From NCBI GenBank assembly GCA_000934665.2, contig JYFJ02003221.1, positions 1-45,074 of the forward strand: 45,074 nt of DNA, in the 5' to 3' direction. The notes beneath the pieces are model-generated. The model was not told the origin of the DNA, ran no database searches, and worked only from the letters and a program-made list of their open reading frames with translations. The position numbers and the translations under genes are program-made. Of this stretch, positions 1-10,744 are shown piece by piece. The DNA is from Catajapyx aquilonaris. Lineage: Eukaryota. How positions within the stretch are numbered: the first letter of the stretch is position 1; each line of letters begins with the position of its first letter.

Positions 1-222
1 CCCCAGTCAGAATGCTCTGGAAGGTCTGGGGGCGGGACTTTGTTGGTTTGTTGCCCACAGGTGGTAAGGCCTCTTTGGCTAGTTACACCAGAAAATTCTA
101 TTTAAAAGTCAGAAGGAGCGATTAGGCAAAAATCGCTAAAGAGAGTAATGAGGCTGCCCAGACATATGACTCCTATACTTAAATCGATCCTCTGGTGGCT
201 AGGAAGGGAGTCATATACGTCG

Positions 223-247
223 GGGCACTGAGTTCAGATACACCCTG
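223..247. mobile_element. Right-hand TIR of a Tc1/mariner-type MITE (remainder upstream of or outside the window)
   Basis: Ends ...AGATACACCCTG|TA, the same CAGGGTG/TA terminus seen on complete MITEs later in the window; the partner TIR is not visible. Confidence 0.35.
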
Positions 248-501
248 TATAAACTACCTGTCAGGCGGGGTAGTGGGTTCACCACCACAATATGCAACTT
301 ATACAGTACTGATATTCAGTAGGCTGATGCACATACATAGATAAATATAAGCTTAAAGATCCTTAAAGCGTTCATTTATGCTCCCGGGTATTCCTACTCC
401 TTGAATTTGGTACTCCAGTTTACACTTTACAGTCGAGTGGTTACCCCCTCGACATCAAATAATTACTCTCAAATATCTTCCAAATCATAGTCGCAATCTT
501 A

Positions 502-756
502 GGGCTAGTCCAGATGGGACCAGTTTGCCGGGGCCAGGCCCCTCACTAGCCCTGGCCCCGGCTCCAGCCCCGGCAGGTTGAAGCCCTGGCGGGTTCACAC
601 CAGAGAGCCAAGGCTGGCCAAACAAACAAACAAGTAACGATCAGTATCCGCCATTGGCGCCATATCGCCACCTTAGCTGACCTTAGAGCATATGCGTATA
701 CCATATATATACCATATAATTATTATTACTATCATTATTATTGCTATTATTATTAC

Positions 757-828
<72 letters not shown>

Positions 829-1454
829 TATTATTATTATTATAGGTTTTGTACGGACTTTGATCCATCAGTACCTAACTCAAGCTGCCCTAAGTTCCGA
901 TATCACTCAAACGCTCACTTTTTATTTTTCGAATCATTAAATCAACCTCGATAATCGGCCCCGAGTTGGTGAAATATGCAGAGGAAGATTGTCTTTACGA
1001 CATTAAAATTTGGAACAGGTTAATGTGGTTGTTTGAGTGATGTAGTGACACAAACTGCACTTACGGAGACAAACAATGACAAAGTGTAGGATTTTCTATG
1101 TCCTTCCCCGCTCAACCTCTCGGATGGAGATGTACGGCATGAGACGGGGCATGGGTGGAGCTATCATTTGGTACCCATTGCATATTTCTAGTCCCAATAG
1201 GCGCCTCGCAGTGACGGCGCAAAGATAGTCGGAATCCCCATAAGGCGCCATGTTAATTTCGTCTTCCCGCCTCCCTTTTGCCAGGGCCCGGTGCCGGGGC
1301 TGTTGTCACCCACTTCCCCAAAGTGGGTCGCTTTCAGCCCACTTTGTGGGGTCTGTCGGGGCCGCGGCTCTGTCGTCTGAACCCCACTAGCCCCGACCGG
1401 CCCTGGATTTGCCCGGGCCTGGCCCCGGCAAACTGGTCCCGTCTGGACGACCCC
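502..1454. mobile_element. PIF/Harbinger (Tourist-like) MITE
   Basis: About 40-bp TIRs (GGGCTAGTCCAGATGGGACCAGTTTGCCGGGGCCAGGCCC vs reverse complement of 1415-1454), flanked by TTA at 499-501 and 1455-1457. Confidence 0.8.
717..843. repeat. (ATT)n microsatellite
   Basis: Direct reading; accounts for the poly-N and poly-I ORFs at 683-940. Confidence 0.95.
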
Positions 1455-1735
1455 TTAGACTTATCTTATTGTAGACTTTGAGGAAGTGGCATGGCGTGGC
1501 CTAAAATCTCAGGCTCACCCTTACGTCAGAATACCCCACTTCACGATCGGATTATAAGGTTCGCCGACGTCGAAGGGGTATCGCCTATATTTTGTCTCGC
1601 GCTCTACCCCGTGGACGTCTCCAAGGCGACATTTTCGAATGTTTACGAGTCATATTGTTGTACAGTATAGTGTTTGGATTTTCGAGCGAAAGACGTGTGG
1701 GCTAGTCCGGCTCCGCACATAGGATCCCTGGGACC

Positions 1736-1831
1736 ATGCAGGCCATGTTCAGAGACGTGATCTATCGCAATACCTTGCTGTCCATCCTGGACAGCACCAA
1801 GAGCAAGCCCCTCGAATGGTGGTCCAAGAAG
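1736..1831 (+). CDS. CFAP20: CFAP20/BUG22-like protein, coding exon 1 (MQAMFRDVIYRNTLLSILDSTKSKPLEWWSKK; alternative start ATG at 1745)
   Basis: Matches the CFAP20 N-terminus (MF...LSIL.S..SKPL..W.KK); phase-0 donor AAG|GTGAGG at 1831/1832. Confidence 0.9.
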
Positions 1832-1839
1832 GTGAGGTT

Positions 1840-2164
1840 TTTTTTTAAACTATACCCCGTTCTCGGACCTTCTGCCCTTATTGGGGGAGTGGGATACCAC
1901 CATTTGTGGAACCATACACTGGATGTGTTTAGTTGTTCCAAGGGTAAGTAGGAGGGGATGTGCAAAGTGCAGGTGCAATGTCGTATATTGGTCATTTTTT
2001 GAACTCCCCCGGGTGGATTAGTCTAGCGGAAATTTCCACCGGAGACGAAGCCAGAGATGGCCCAACTCTGCACGAGATGAAGGGGGGAACCCCGGGCTGG
2101 GATCGAACCCGGGACCTTAACATCCGCGGGCGCGTGCGTTACCGCTGCACCACTCCGCCTCCCC
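1840..2164 (-). mobile_element. tRNA-derived SINE, type A, in intron 1
   Basis: Minus strand has an A box (TGGTGCAGCGGTAA) and B box (GGTTCGATCCC); body homologous to copies at 5108 and 32529; poly-A tail; 16-bp TSD 1824-1839 / 2165-2180 with 2 mismatches. Confidence 0.9.
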
Positions 2165-2253
2165 CCAAGAAAGTGATGTTCCTCTTGTTAACTGTTGGTT
2201 CGTTGGTGTCGGCACTATAATGGCAAGTGCGATTATGCCAGGCTTGTCTTGTG

Positions 2254-2557
2254 GGAAGGAGTAGGTCCTTTGGACACGCGAAAGGCGGGAGAGGGTGAGT
2301 GGTGGCTGGGGGCAGCTTGGCTGTGTCGCAAAGTCAAGAATGCGAGTATTGATTTTTATTTTATTTTGGCTGTACCAACCTAACCTAACCTAACCTTCAT
2401 TCCTTGCGGATACAGACCTTTCTTCAGCCGATACAGACCTATCTTCAGCGGATACACGCCTATCCTTTACTTTATCCTTGCCTTTGAGACATAGCCATTG
2501 CCCCCAGCCGCCACTCACCCTCCCACCTTTCGCGTATCCAAAGGACCTAATCCAACC
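2254..2557. mobile_element. Long-TIR MITE (Mutator-like ends) with a central (TAACC)n tract
   Basis: About 85-bp inverted arms (GGAGTAGGTCCTTTGGACACGCGAAAGG... / ...CCTTTCGCGTATCCAAAGGACCTAATCC); 8-bp flanks GTCTTGTG / GTCTTGTC; AACCTAACCTAACCTAACC at about 2377-2395. Confidence 0.7.
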
Positions 2558-2826
2558 GTCTTGTCGAGGTTGATCCTCTGAATCAACGTATGGTTGCCTA
2601 CAATGCGCGGTTGTAAATGATGCCAAGTTAGCTACACATTAATAATTGTGACCATACACGGTCATCCGCACAAGGTACTGCGCTGGTTCCGTACAAGATC
2701 ATTGTGCAGGATGCTCATTTACAAACTTACGAGTAATAATCCTAATTGTTTTCAGCTCTCTCCAGGTTTCTTTTACGAAGGTGATGCACGCATGAGATGA
2801 GTCGACAGGAGCAATTGTGATAACTG

Positions 2827-3160
2827 GGGGAGGTGGGTGGCCGAGATGGTAACGTCTCGGCTTGCTGAGTGAAAGGTCCCAGGTTCGATCCCCGCCTGAG
2901 AGTTCACTTTCACCTGCGTCGGGAGGGTCTCTGACCTGCACCAAGGAGGTGTCTGGCAACCTAACCTCCTGGCGAACAGCACATGCCCCCTTTTCAGACA
3001 ATGCACTTGCACCCATGTTCCCTCCCTAAAAATCCCTATCCTTACCCAATGTCCTTGTTTCCCTGCACAGGAGTGAAGATAAATCAGAAAATTGATAGAA
3101 AATGTTGGTGTACCATCCCCCTTTAGAACCCGTAACGGTCATCACGGGGTACAACAAAAT
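2827..3160 (+). mobile_element. tRNA-derived SINE, type C
   Basis: Head TGGCCGAGATGGTAA...GGTTCGATCCCC; body closely matches 43565-43915; tail CCCC...ATCACGGGGTAC plus A-rich end. Confidence 0.88.
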
Positions 3161-3327
3161 AATATATATATTTTTATAACTGTCATTTTGTTAATTTTGC
3201 ATCTAGGTTATTTTCTGCCCAGTTCTTTTGTGAACTAATGAATTATAGTGTAAATGTGTTCTAATGCTGTTACATGCACTAGAAATAGTGAAATGCTAGT
3301 GGTTCGCTTTAAATCGCCGGTAGTATA

Positions 3328-3877
3328 CAGGGTGTTTGTTACTAGTCCAGCCGTCGCGCCGTCAGCGTATTTCGTGGCCCAAACCAAGTCTGAAATGTAT
3401 GGGGAGAAATGTCCAGGGACCAACCTGAAACGAGGTAGACGACCAGAAACATTGGCCTACCCCTAGACACAGGCGGAAACACACACGACGCCTCTTAGTA
3501 GGGGCAATCTCATGGCAGGTGGACCCTCGTTCTTCCAGTGGTTGCCTAGGGAGCAGGATATGAGCCTGATAATTATCAGGCTCGTATCCTGCTGATTATA
3601 ATCATGGTCGATAATTTTTTTCTCAAGATCGACAAGTGATTATCAGGCCCATATCCTGCTCCCTAGGCAACCGCTGTGAATGTCATCTGGACCGTCTGCC
3701 AGGAAATCTCCCTACTAAGAGGCGTCGCATGTGTTTCCGCCTGTGTCGAGGGGTAGGCCAATGTTCAAGGTCGTCTACCTCGTTACAGACATTTCTCCCC
3801 ATACATTTCAGACTTGGTTTGGGCCAAGAAATACGCTGACGGCGCGACGGCTGGCTGGACTAGTAACAAACACCCTA
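3328..3877. mobile_element. Tc1/mariner-type palindromic MITE
   Basis: TA|CAGGGTGTTTGTTACTAGTCCAGCC ... GGACTAGTAACAAACACCCTA|TA; inverted arms of about 250 bp. Confidence 0.85.
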
Positions 3878-4049
3878 TAGAACTAAACAGCCACATTAAT
3901 TAGAGATGTAGGAATCACCATGAGATGACAAACATTAAATGAAATTATACTATAAAATTGAATGTAAATTCATTTCTTTCGTGACCATAGTCGCAAACGT
4001 GGAGCATGTTGTTTTGAAACTGTTATCGTGCTGATCAACATGCAGTTTT

Positions 4050-4321
4050 TTTTTTGTTACCCCGTGATAGAGCTCGTGGCCCTCTTAGGGGGGAAGGGGA
4101 AGTTCCCAAGGGAGGGCGCCGTGCGATAGCCATTTCTGACATTCTTTAACACCAGGCCTTTTCTCCTGGCCCCGAGCAGAGAAGGGAGTGCAATTCTGCT
4201 CCGGCATGTCGGGTGAAAAGCGGAAAAAGACCCGGCCAAGCAGAGGTGACGGGGACGGGATTTGAACCCCGGCCTCCCGCTTGGCTGGCCAGCGGCGTAA
4301 CCGCTAGACCACCATGCCGCC
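4050..4321 (-). mobile_element. tRNA-derived SINE, type B
   Basis: Homologous to 10463-10744; 14-bp TSD CAACATGCAGTTTT (4036-4049 / 4322-4335); poly-A tail; ends about 50 bp upstream of the exon 2 acceptor. Confidence 0.9.
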
Positions 4322-4372
4322 CAACATGCAGTTTTCACCACGACTAAAAGCATGTCCTTCCGATCCCTGCAG

Positions 4373-4570
4373 GTACATGCACGGAGGGGGCACATCAAGC
4401 GCAGAATAGACAAGGATCTAGACTCCTTGGTGCTAGAGCTGATGTGCATGAAAACTATCACCACCTTCATCCACTGCCCAAGAGACCCGATGGAGAGCCT
4501 TTACCTTAGGCAGCCCTACTTGATCATGGTCGTCAAGAACCTCAGGAGGAGCTTAACCTTTGAAATTCAG
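4373..4570 (+). CDS. CFAP20: CFAP20/BUG22-like protein, coding exon 2 (VHARRGHIKR...SLVLE...CPRDP...KNLRRSLTFEIQ)
   Basis: Acceptor CCCTGCAG| at 4372 and donor CAG|GTGAGT at 4570/4571; 198 nt, phase 0/0; motifs GHIKR, SLVLE, CP.DP, KNL and TFE.Q. Confidence 0.92.
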
Positions 4571-4973
4571 GTGAGTATTTTCGTCATAAATATTTCTGCC
4601 TGGAGAATATATTGTTATGGCTTTTAGGTTTACATACAGTGAAACCTGTGCTTCAGTGTCGCAGTATCAGTACCGGTACATTGTTTTAACATTATTTTGA
4701 ATAAGTTCCAACTGACGTCTTAACCCGTTGCAACAGTCAAATGACGGGAAGTGCGTTTGCATGGCAATGGCATAAATGAGGCATTATTACTCTACATAAA
4801 ATAGCGAATTTTTGTATTTTACTTAATTTTCCCGAATGATAGTGAACACTAAGCAATTTTTTCGAGTTAGACTAGCAGTGTCCAACCTTTTCAGGCCTCC
4901 ATACCCCTTTGAAGATCCCCTGTCAGGATGAACTGTCGATTTATATTTTCCTTTTTTTGTTTCATTAGCAATA

Positions 4974-5447
4974 CAGGGTGGACCAACTTCAAGTGTCGTT
5001 TTATAACGGCTATTAATAGAAGCGCTTTACGATTGACGTAGCAGCGACGTGTAAAATGTCCCACTTCGGCTCCATCGAAAATATTAGCTGCCAATATTAG
5101 CGTACATAGGGGAGACGGAGTGGTGCTGCGGTAACGTATGCGCCCACGGATGTTAAGGTCCCGGGTTCAATCCCAGCCCGGGGACACCCCCTTCATCTCG
5201 TGCAGAGTTCATTGGGTCACCTCTGGCTTCGTCTCGGGTGGTATTTCCTACAGACTTAACCACCCGGGGGAGTTCACTAAAAATTGCCACATAAAGACAT
5301 TGCACTGCACCTTGCACATCCCCTCCTGTCATCCTGCTCGTCGGCCCGGGCGCTTCAATAATAATTAGGTTCCAAATATGTACATCGTACAAATAAAGGT
5401 CCGTGCTATATGCCGAGAAGGCCAAGCACTACCCGGATATTATTATT

Positions 5448-5528
<81 letters not shown>

Positions 5529-5833
5529 GTTATTATTATATTAGCGTACATGTAATGAACCTGCTGCAACGAGTGCAACCACATGCGGCACCAATGCCAA
5601 TCCGGCAGTCCGCAAAGAAGGCATTTCACCCAGGCGCGCACCTCAGGTCATGTGTGCACCTCCTTTTTTCCAGGTCAACCCAGCAGCAGGGTTGATTACA
5701 TGTGTGCTGCTATTGGCAGCTAATATTTTCGATGGCGCCGAAGTGGGACATTTTACACGTCGCTGCTACGTCATCGCAAAATCACTGCTATTAATCGCCG
5801 TTATAAAACGACACTTGAAGTTGGTCCACCCTG
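4974..5833. mobile_element. Tc1/mariner-type MITE (copy 1), interrupted by a SINE
   Basis: TA|CAGGGTGGACCAACTTCAAGTGTCG...CGACACTTGAAGTTGGTCCACCCTG|TA; TIRs of about 120 bp; second copy at 11150-11543. Confidence 0.9.
5108..5537 (+). mobile_element. tRNA-derived SINE, type A, with (TAT)n(CAT)n(TAT)n tail
   Basis: A and B boxes; 14-bp TSD ATATTAGCGTACAT (5094-5107 / 5538-5551); microsatellite tail at about 5439-5537. Confidence 0.9.
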
Positions 5834-6090
5834 TATATTGAACCGTTCTTCACACCTTCATTCCTTACTCAAAAGCCCAAATCCGTATCAGCAGTCAACA
5901 TTTTCCTTTGTACAAACCACTTACGAGCTGTGCCATGTCCAATATTGCCCGATGTATTTAGGCCCAAAACATTGACAAAATCCAAAGTAAGACTTATGTC
6001 CAGGGGTACCTTGCTCCGCACCCCTGGTTGCGAACCACTGAGTTAGACCGTGTTTATCACTAGTAATATCTATCTTCCCCCTCTCCACAG

Positions 6091-6393
6091 ATCATAGATG
6101 ACCAAGACCTGCGCCGCCACTTCCGAATTTCCACCAGACACCTGAGAACCACCATTAAGCCTCTACTTTGCATGATGCCCCTTCGCCTCACCAACGGATG
6201 GAACAGGATCCAGTTGGACCTAGAGAACTTGACTCGCCGTGCATTCGGTACCAGATACACACGGACCCTGCGAATGCAGATTCACGCCAACTGCCGAATC
6301 CGCCTCGTGTACTTCGCAGACAGGATCTACACGGACGAGGAGTTGCCTGAGAATTTCAAGGTCTTCTTGCCTGAGACGCAGCCTGCTAAGTAA
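6091..6393 (+). CDS. CFAP20: CFAP20/BUG22-like protein, coding exon 3 (IIDDQDLRRHFR...GWNRIQ...TRRAFGT...QIHANCRIRLVYFADR...ELPENFKVFLPETQPAK*)
   Basis: Polypyrimidine tract plus CACAG acceptor at 6090; contains the diagnostic QIHANCRIR.VYF motif; TAA at 6391-6393. The spliced ORF is 198 aa with no frameshift. Confidence 0.93.
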   Translation: MIDDQDLRRHFRISTRHLRTTIKPLLCMMPLRLTNGWNRIQLDLENLTRRAFGTRYTRTLRMQIHANCRIRLVYFADRIYTDEELPENFKVFLPETQPAK

Positions 6394-6575
6394 AGACGAG
6401 GTGGCCCGGCCTGCAAAAAAATATATCTAAATACAGGACTCTAAAGACTATGCCCATGCTCTTCGCACATGCTCTGAAAGAATAACCGGCATATAAAATT
6501 TGTTTGTGCTTGTGAAATAACCTCCCCCCTTCCTAGAAGGGCACCCGTTTGATGCTTACACCCATTATCTTTAGC

Positions 6576-6581
6576 AATAAA
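6576..6581 (+). promoter_or_regulatory. Putative polyadenylation signal of the CFAP20-like gene
   Basis: AATAAA about 180 nt after the stop codon, followed by a T/GT-rich stretch. Confidence 0.5.
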
Positions 6582-6651
6582 TGCTATACAAATTCATTTT
6601 CACGTATTTGTTTGTATTCAAAACAATTTCCAAAAATGTCTGAGATATTAA

Positions 6652-7617
6652 CTCCTTGAGCCCCAGCCGCCTAAAATCTAGGCGCTGAGAACTCGACTGC
6701 CAGGTACCCGCCTAGTTGTCCGCTTACTCGTGCGCTGAAGATACGAACAAGATATTTTACAAATAATAACAGCCGTTCCGGGAAAACGTTATGAATGTAT
6801 TGCCAACAATGTCCCTCCCATAGAAGTCCCTAATTAATTTCCAAAAATACCGCTGCAAAAACTCGGAATTAGAGTACTGCCGGCCAACTGTTAAGCTGAT
6901 TTAGTTATGAAATATGTTAAAATATATGGAATACCAATTTTGAGAAGGTTGCCAAATGGATTTGCTGAAATCGTCGTACTTTTCGAGAAACAAGTAAAGG
7001 GAGTAATCCGAAGTGACAGGCAAGCCGCAGAAAAGTATTAATTTATTTCTCGGAAAGTACAAGGATATCAACAAGTCTTCTGGCATGGTTCTCAAGATTG
7101 TTATTCCGTACATTTTAACATATCATTTCATAATATTAAATCACCCAAACAGTTGGCTGGTAGTACTTGGATTTTCATATTTTACAGCGATCTTTTTGGA
7201 AATTAATTTACGAACTTGTAGCCAAGGAAAATTGTTTCCAATACATATGCTGTGTTTTGCATGAACGGGTAAGTATAGCTGTTACAATTTGTAAAATATC
7301 TTGCCCTTGCCTTCAGAGAACTCGTAAGTTGAACAGGAGGGAAAATCTAGGCGGAAATCTAAGCGGAAATATAGCGGGTATCCTGTACGGCGATCTTTTT
7401 GGAAATTAATTTAGGGACTTCTATGGGAGGAAAATTGTTTTCACCACATTCATAACGTTTTCCCTGAACGAGTAAGTAGAAATGTTATTATTTGTAAAAT
7501 GTCTTGTTCGTATCTTCAGCGCACGAGTAAGCGGAAAACTATGCGGTGGCGGGTATAGCTGGTACATGGCGATCGAGTTCTCAGCGTCTAGATTCTAGGC
7601 GGCTGGGGCTCGAGGGG
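6652..7617. mobile_element. piggyBac-type MITE
   Basis: TTAA at 6648-6651 and 7618-7621; termini CTCCTTGAGCCCCAGCCGCCTA / TAGGCGGCTGGGGCTCGAGGGG; inverted arms of about 190 bp. Confidence 0.8.
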
Positions 7618-7645
7618 TTAATGCCACATGGGGAATAGTATGAAC

Positions 7646-7924
7646 CGGCGCTGGTGGTCTGGTCTCTGGTGGTTAGCGCGCTCGCCTCTAGACCCAAAGT
7701 TGTGGGTTCGAATCCGGCCGAGGACTTTTCTCCGGGTGGTAGAAAAGCGAGAGTGCGCCTTCCTTCGGAGGAGAAGTAAAGCCGTCGGTCCCGTGTGCTT
7801 GTGACATTGCGCGAGTGCACGTTAAAGATCCCTAGAGTGGCAAAATTTCCAGGAGGAGGACCACCCCCTGGCGTCAGTGTTGAGCCTTGCGGCAGATAAA
7901 GGCCGAAGTTAAGCCACACTGATC
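7646..7924 (+). mobile_element. tRNA-derived SINE with a Meta/Ruka-like core
   Basis: B box GGTTCGAATCC; core CCCGTGTGCT...GTGCACGTTAAAGATCCC...AAATTTCC resembles, from recall, the tick Ruka / MetaSINE domain; 9-bp TSD AGTATGAAC (7637-7645 / 7925-7933). Confidence 0.8.
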
Positions 7925-9388
7925 AGTATGAACACAAGAACTGATTATCAAACCATCAACTACAAGATTATTTCAAAGATCCAAATCAAAAAAGAACATA
8001 ATTTATTATAACAATGTTATGAAGTAACCGTTTGAAATGATTGGAAAACACCTTTCCTCTCTCTGTAAAGAATGTAGAATCGAGTGGAAAGTCATTCGAG
8101 AAATGAGTGATGGCCAAAACCACTCAAAAGGAGTGATATTTCTGAGAAGTACTCGTCATTCGAGTGAAATATCGAAGTTAACGCCAATGTTTCACACGAC
8201 GTGGTAAAATGGTTACCATCCTAATGGATTGAGTACAGTAGTTTCCACGGCTTTTTCCTACTTATACAATAATATTACTATTTTTCGAGTGATGTTCACA
8301 CGAATTTCAAATGTTAACGGTTATTTTGATAACTGTCGCGCACTCAGCAGGGAAATGTTGCCTGCTGGCGTTGACCTTTCGGCTTAAAAACTTATCGAAG
8401 GATACATTACATCACCTCATTATCACCAGATACGGTAAGTCTTAAAAATGGAACAAGTAAGAGTGGATATCTTGACGACACTTCTTGCCTATGCTATGTA
8501 TTAATAATTTGCTCATAATAATATTTATGTTTTCCTAAGGTAATCTGTGACATCTCCAAAACATAATTATCATGTTTTGGGGATTTCACAAATTTTTATT
8601 TCGCATCGTTTTTCGCAATTAATTTCCCTGCATACCAAATAATCACTTATTGCATCTACTAATACCGTCATGTTCTAAGAAAACAGAAGTCACATATTCA
8701 GGGAACTCCTCATTGGCCACTGTTTAAAAGTAATGTAAATAATAATTCTTCTGATATTTAAAATATTCCGCATTATTTAATTAGATGTAAAAAATAATCT
8801 GATATCATGACCTAATAGCAAGTGAATTGTCCGGGAAGGCAACTAATTACTATTATATTTGCTCTTTTTCCAGCACTTTGCAGTATATTCTATCTTCTTA
8901 TCATGACAATAATAAATACATAATGTACTACGTGTGCACATTTGCCTCAAAGTTGCGTAATTGTTTTCCGGCCATCAATATTCACTTTCACGCTATTATT
9001 AATGACGCATGCAATCATTTGTGGGCAACAGCAACTGCTGTTAGGTCGAATACGCTAGTAAATGGCTCTCTCATATGGGAAAAGGGGAAAGAAGCAGGGT
9101 GGCCTGAACAGGCCTTCCGAGTGGTCCTGCTCATATATTTTCCCACCCCTATATAGCTGCTGGCTTTACCTTGCAATTAGTTGCTACCCCCCTCGTGCTG
9201 AAAGGATGGTGAAGCACGACTCGCATTTCCTGAGACAATCTCACCCAATCATTATCCAACTTGCACAGTGTGGCCGAATTTATCACCTTTCAACGAGACT
9301 CGCCCAGAGTCATGACCTCTTGGAACTACCGGCTCCTTCTGAGTGAAAATCTTGCCTAAAACCACTCCTTACTTGCTGAGAGGATATA

Positions 9389-9950
9389 CAGGGTGGCGCC
9401 GGTAAATTAGGACACATTTTGCAGTCTAAAGGCCAAAACACAAAAAGATTTTGAGGCAGCGTCAAGCGGCAAACGCCTGCCCCGCCAATTATTATTAATT
9501 ATTGGCAATAATAAATATAAATAATAAATATGCCGCAACGCGCGCCGTTTGCCGCGCGTTTTTTTTGTGAAATGGCCTTAACAGTACATAGACAACAATA
9601 TGTAGATTAGCTACTGTAATTGGTATAGCAACAAGCTGTGTCTCTTGGGTTTACAAAACCGTCACTGTCAACATTTAATTATTGTGAACCGCACCATGAC
9701 TAGCCAATAGGACAAGAGAGGCACTACTATTGTGGCTGTCCGCGCCGAAAGGACCCCCAAGGAGATAGTGGGGTTCCTCAAGCTCCCAAAAGAGCCTGAT
9801 TTACTGGATTTTAAAAAAATCTGATGTTCCCGAGAACCAGGACGAGTTCTTTCCTTATGCAAAATGTATGCCCGTCGCTGTATCACCAAGAGAGGCAAGG
9901 AGTTTGTCACCGCAGATGTCGAGAAGATTGGGAAGAAGGAGAGGACCCTG
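9389..9950 (+). pseudogene. Decayed 5' end of a Tc1/mariner-superfamily transposon (TIR plus N-terminal HTH fragment)
   Basis: TA|CAGGGTGG at 9389; from 9696 the frame reads MTSQ*DKRGTTIVAVRAERTPKEIVGFLKLPK, resembling transposase N-terminal HTH; has a stop codon and frameshifts. Confidence 0.45.
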
Positions 9951-9963
9951 ATATCCATATATG

Positions 9964-10148
9964 CGGTGGCCGAGATGGTAACGTCTCGACTTGCTGAGTG
10001 AAAAGTCCCCGGTTCGATCCCCGCCTGGGAGTTCCCTTGCACCGTCTTGCACCGGATATTGAAGTAGAAAAGCGACGTAGAAAACTGATGGTGGTGTGCC
10101 ACCCCCCCCCCTATACAACCCGTAAGGGTCATCACGGGGTAAACAAAA
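9964..10148 (+). mobile_element. Short (internally deleted) type C SINE
   Basis: Same head as 2827 and 43565, lacks most of the body, keeps the GATGGTGG...CCAC CCCC...ATCACGGGGTAA tail. Confidence 0.85.
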
Positions 10149-10462
10149 CACACTGCATAAAGTTAGCTGTGCAACGTGGCACCACCGCATCTTATTAAGA
10201 GCATATGCACAGCCATAGTATATAAAATAAGTTTTGTACAGTATAGTTGTGCAAGTATGGTTAACATTAGTAAAACTTCTATAAGTCGAACTTCCCCAAC
10301 TCGAAGTTCTCTACAAGTCGAATAAAATGATGAGCTTAGTTGGTAACAATGTAAAATAATAGGAAATAAACTTCCCTAACTCGAATTTCTATAACTCGAA
10401 GTGCAGGCAGGGCCTTACGATGGGATATCAATGCATTTCCAGTCTCCCTAAGTCCAAGTTCA

Positions 10463-10744
10463 GGGGAGGCATGGTGGTCTAGTGGTTACGCTACGCCACT
10501 GGCCAGTCAAGCGGGAGGCAGGGTTCAAATCCCGTCCCCGTCACCTCTGCTTGGCCGGGTCTTTTTCCGCTTTTCACCCTACATGCCGGGCAGAATTGCA
10601 CTCCCTACTCTGCCCAAGGCCAGGAGAAAAGGTCTGGTGTATTTCACAGAGTCAGAAATGACTAAAAATTACAACGCCCTCCCTTGGGAACCTCCCCTTC
10701 CCCCCTAAGAGGGCTCCGCCCTATCACGGGGTATTACAAAAAAA
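10463..10744 (+). mobile_element. tRNA-derived SINE, type B
   Basis: Homologous to 4050-4321; TSD AAGTCCAAGTTCA / AAGTCGAAGTTCA (10450-10462 / 10745-10757). Confidence 0.9.

Larger units (their letters stand above)
4873..6040. mobile_element. hAT (Charlie-like) non-autonomous element, host of nested insertions
   Basis: 8-bp TSD AGTTAGAC (4865-4872 / 6041-6048); right TIR reads CAGTGGTTCGCAACC in reverse complement, left TIR is degenerate (TAGCAGTGTCCAACC). Confidence 0.7.

Noticed and set aside
683..940. Poly-Asn / poly-Ile ORFs (likewise poly-His/Tyr at 5378-5695 and poly-Asn/Thr at 32800-33372)
   Set aside because: They are translations of trinucleotide microsatellites, mostly retroelement tails.
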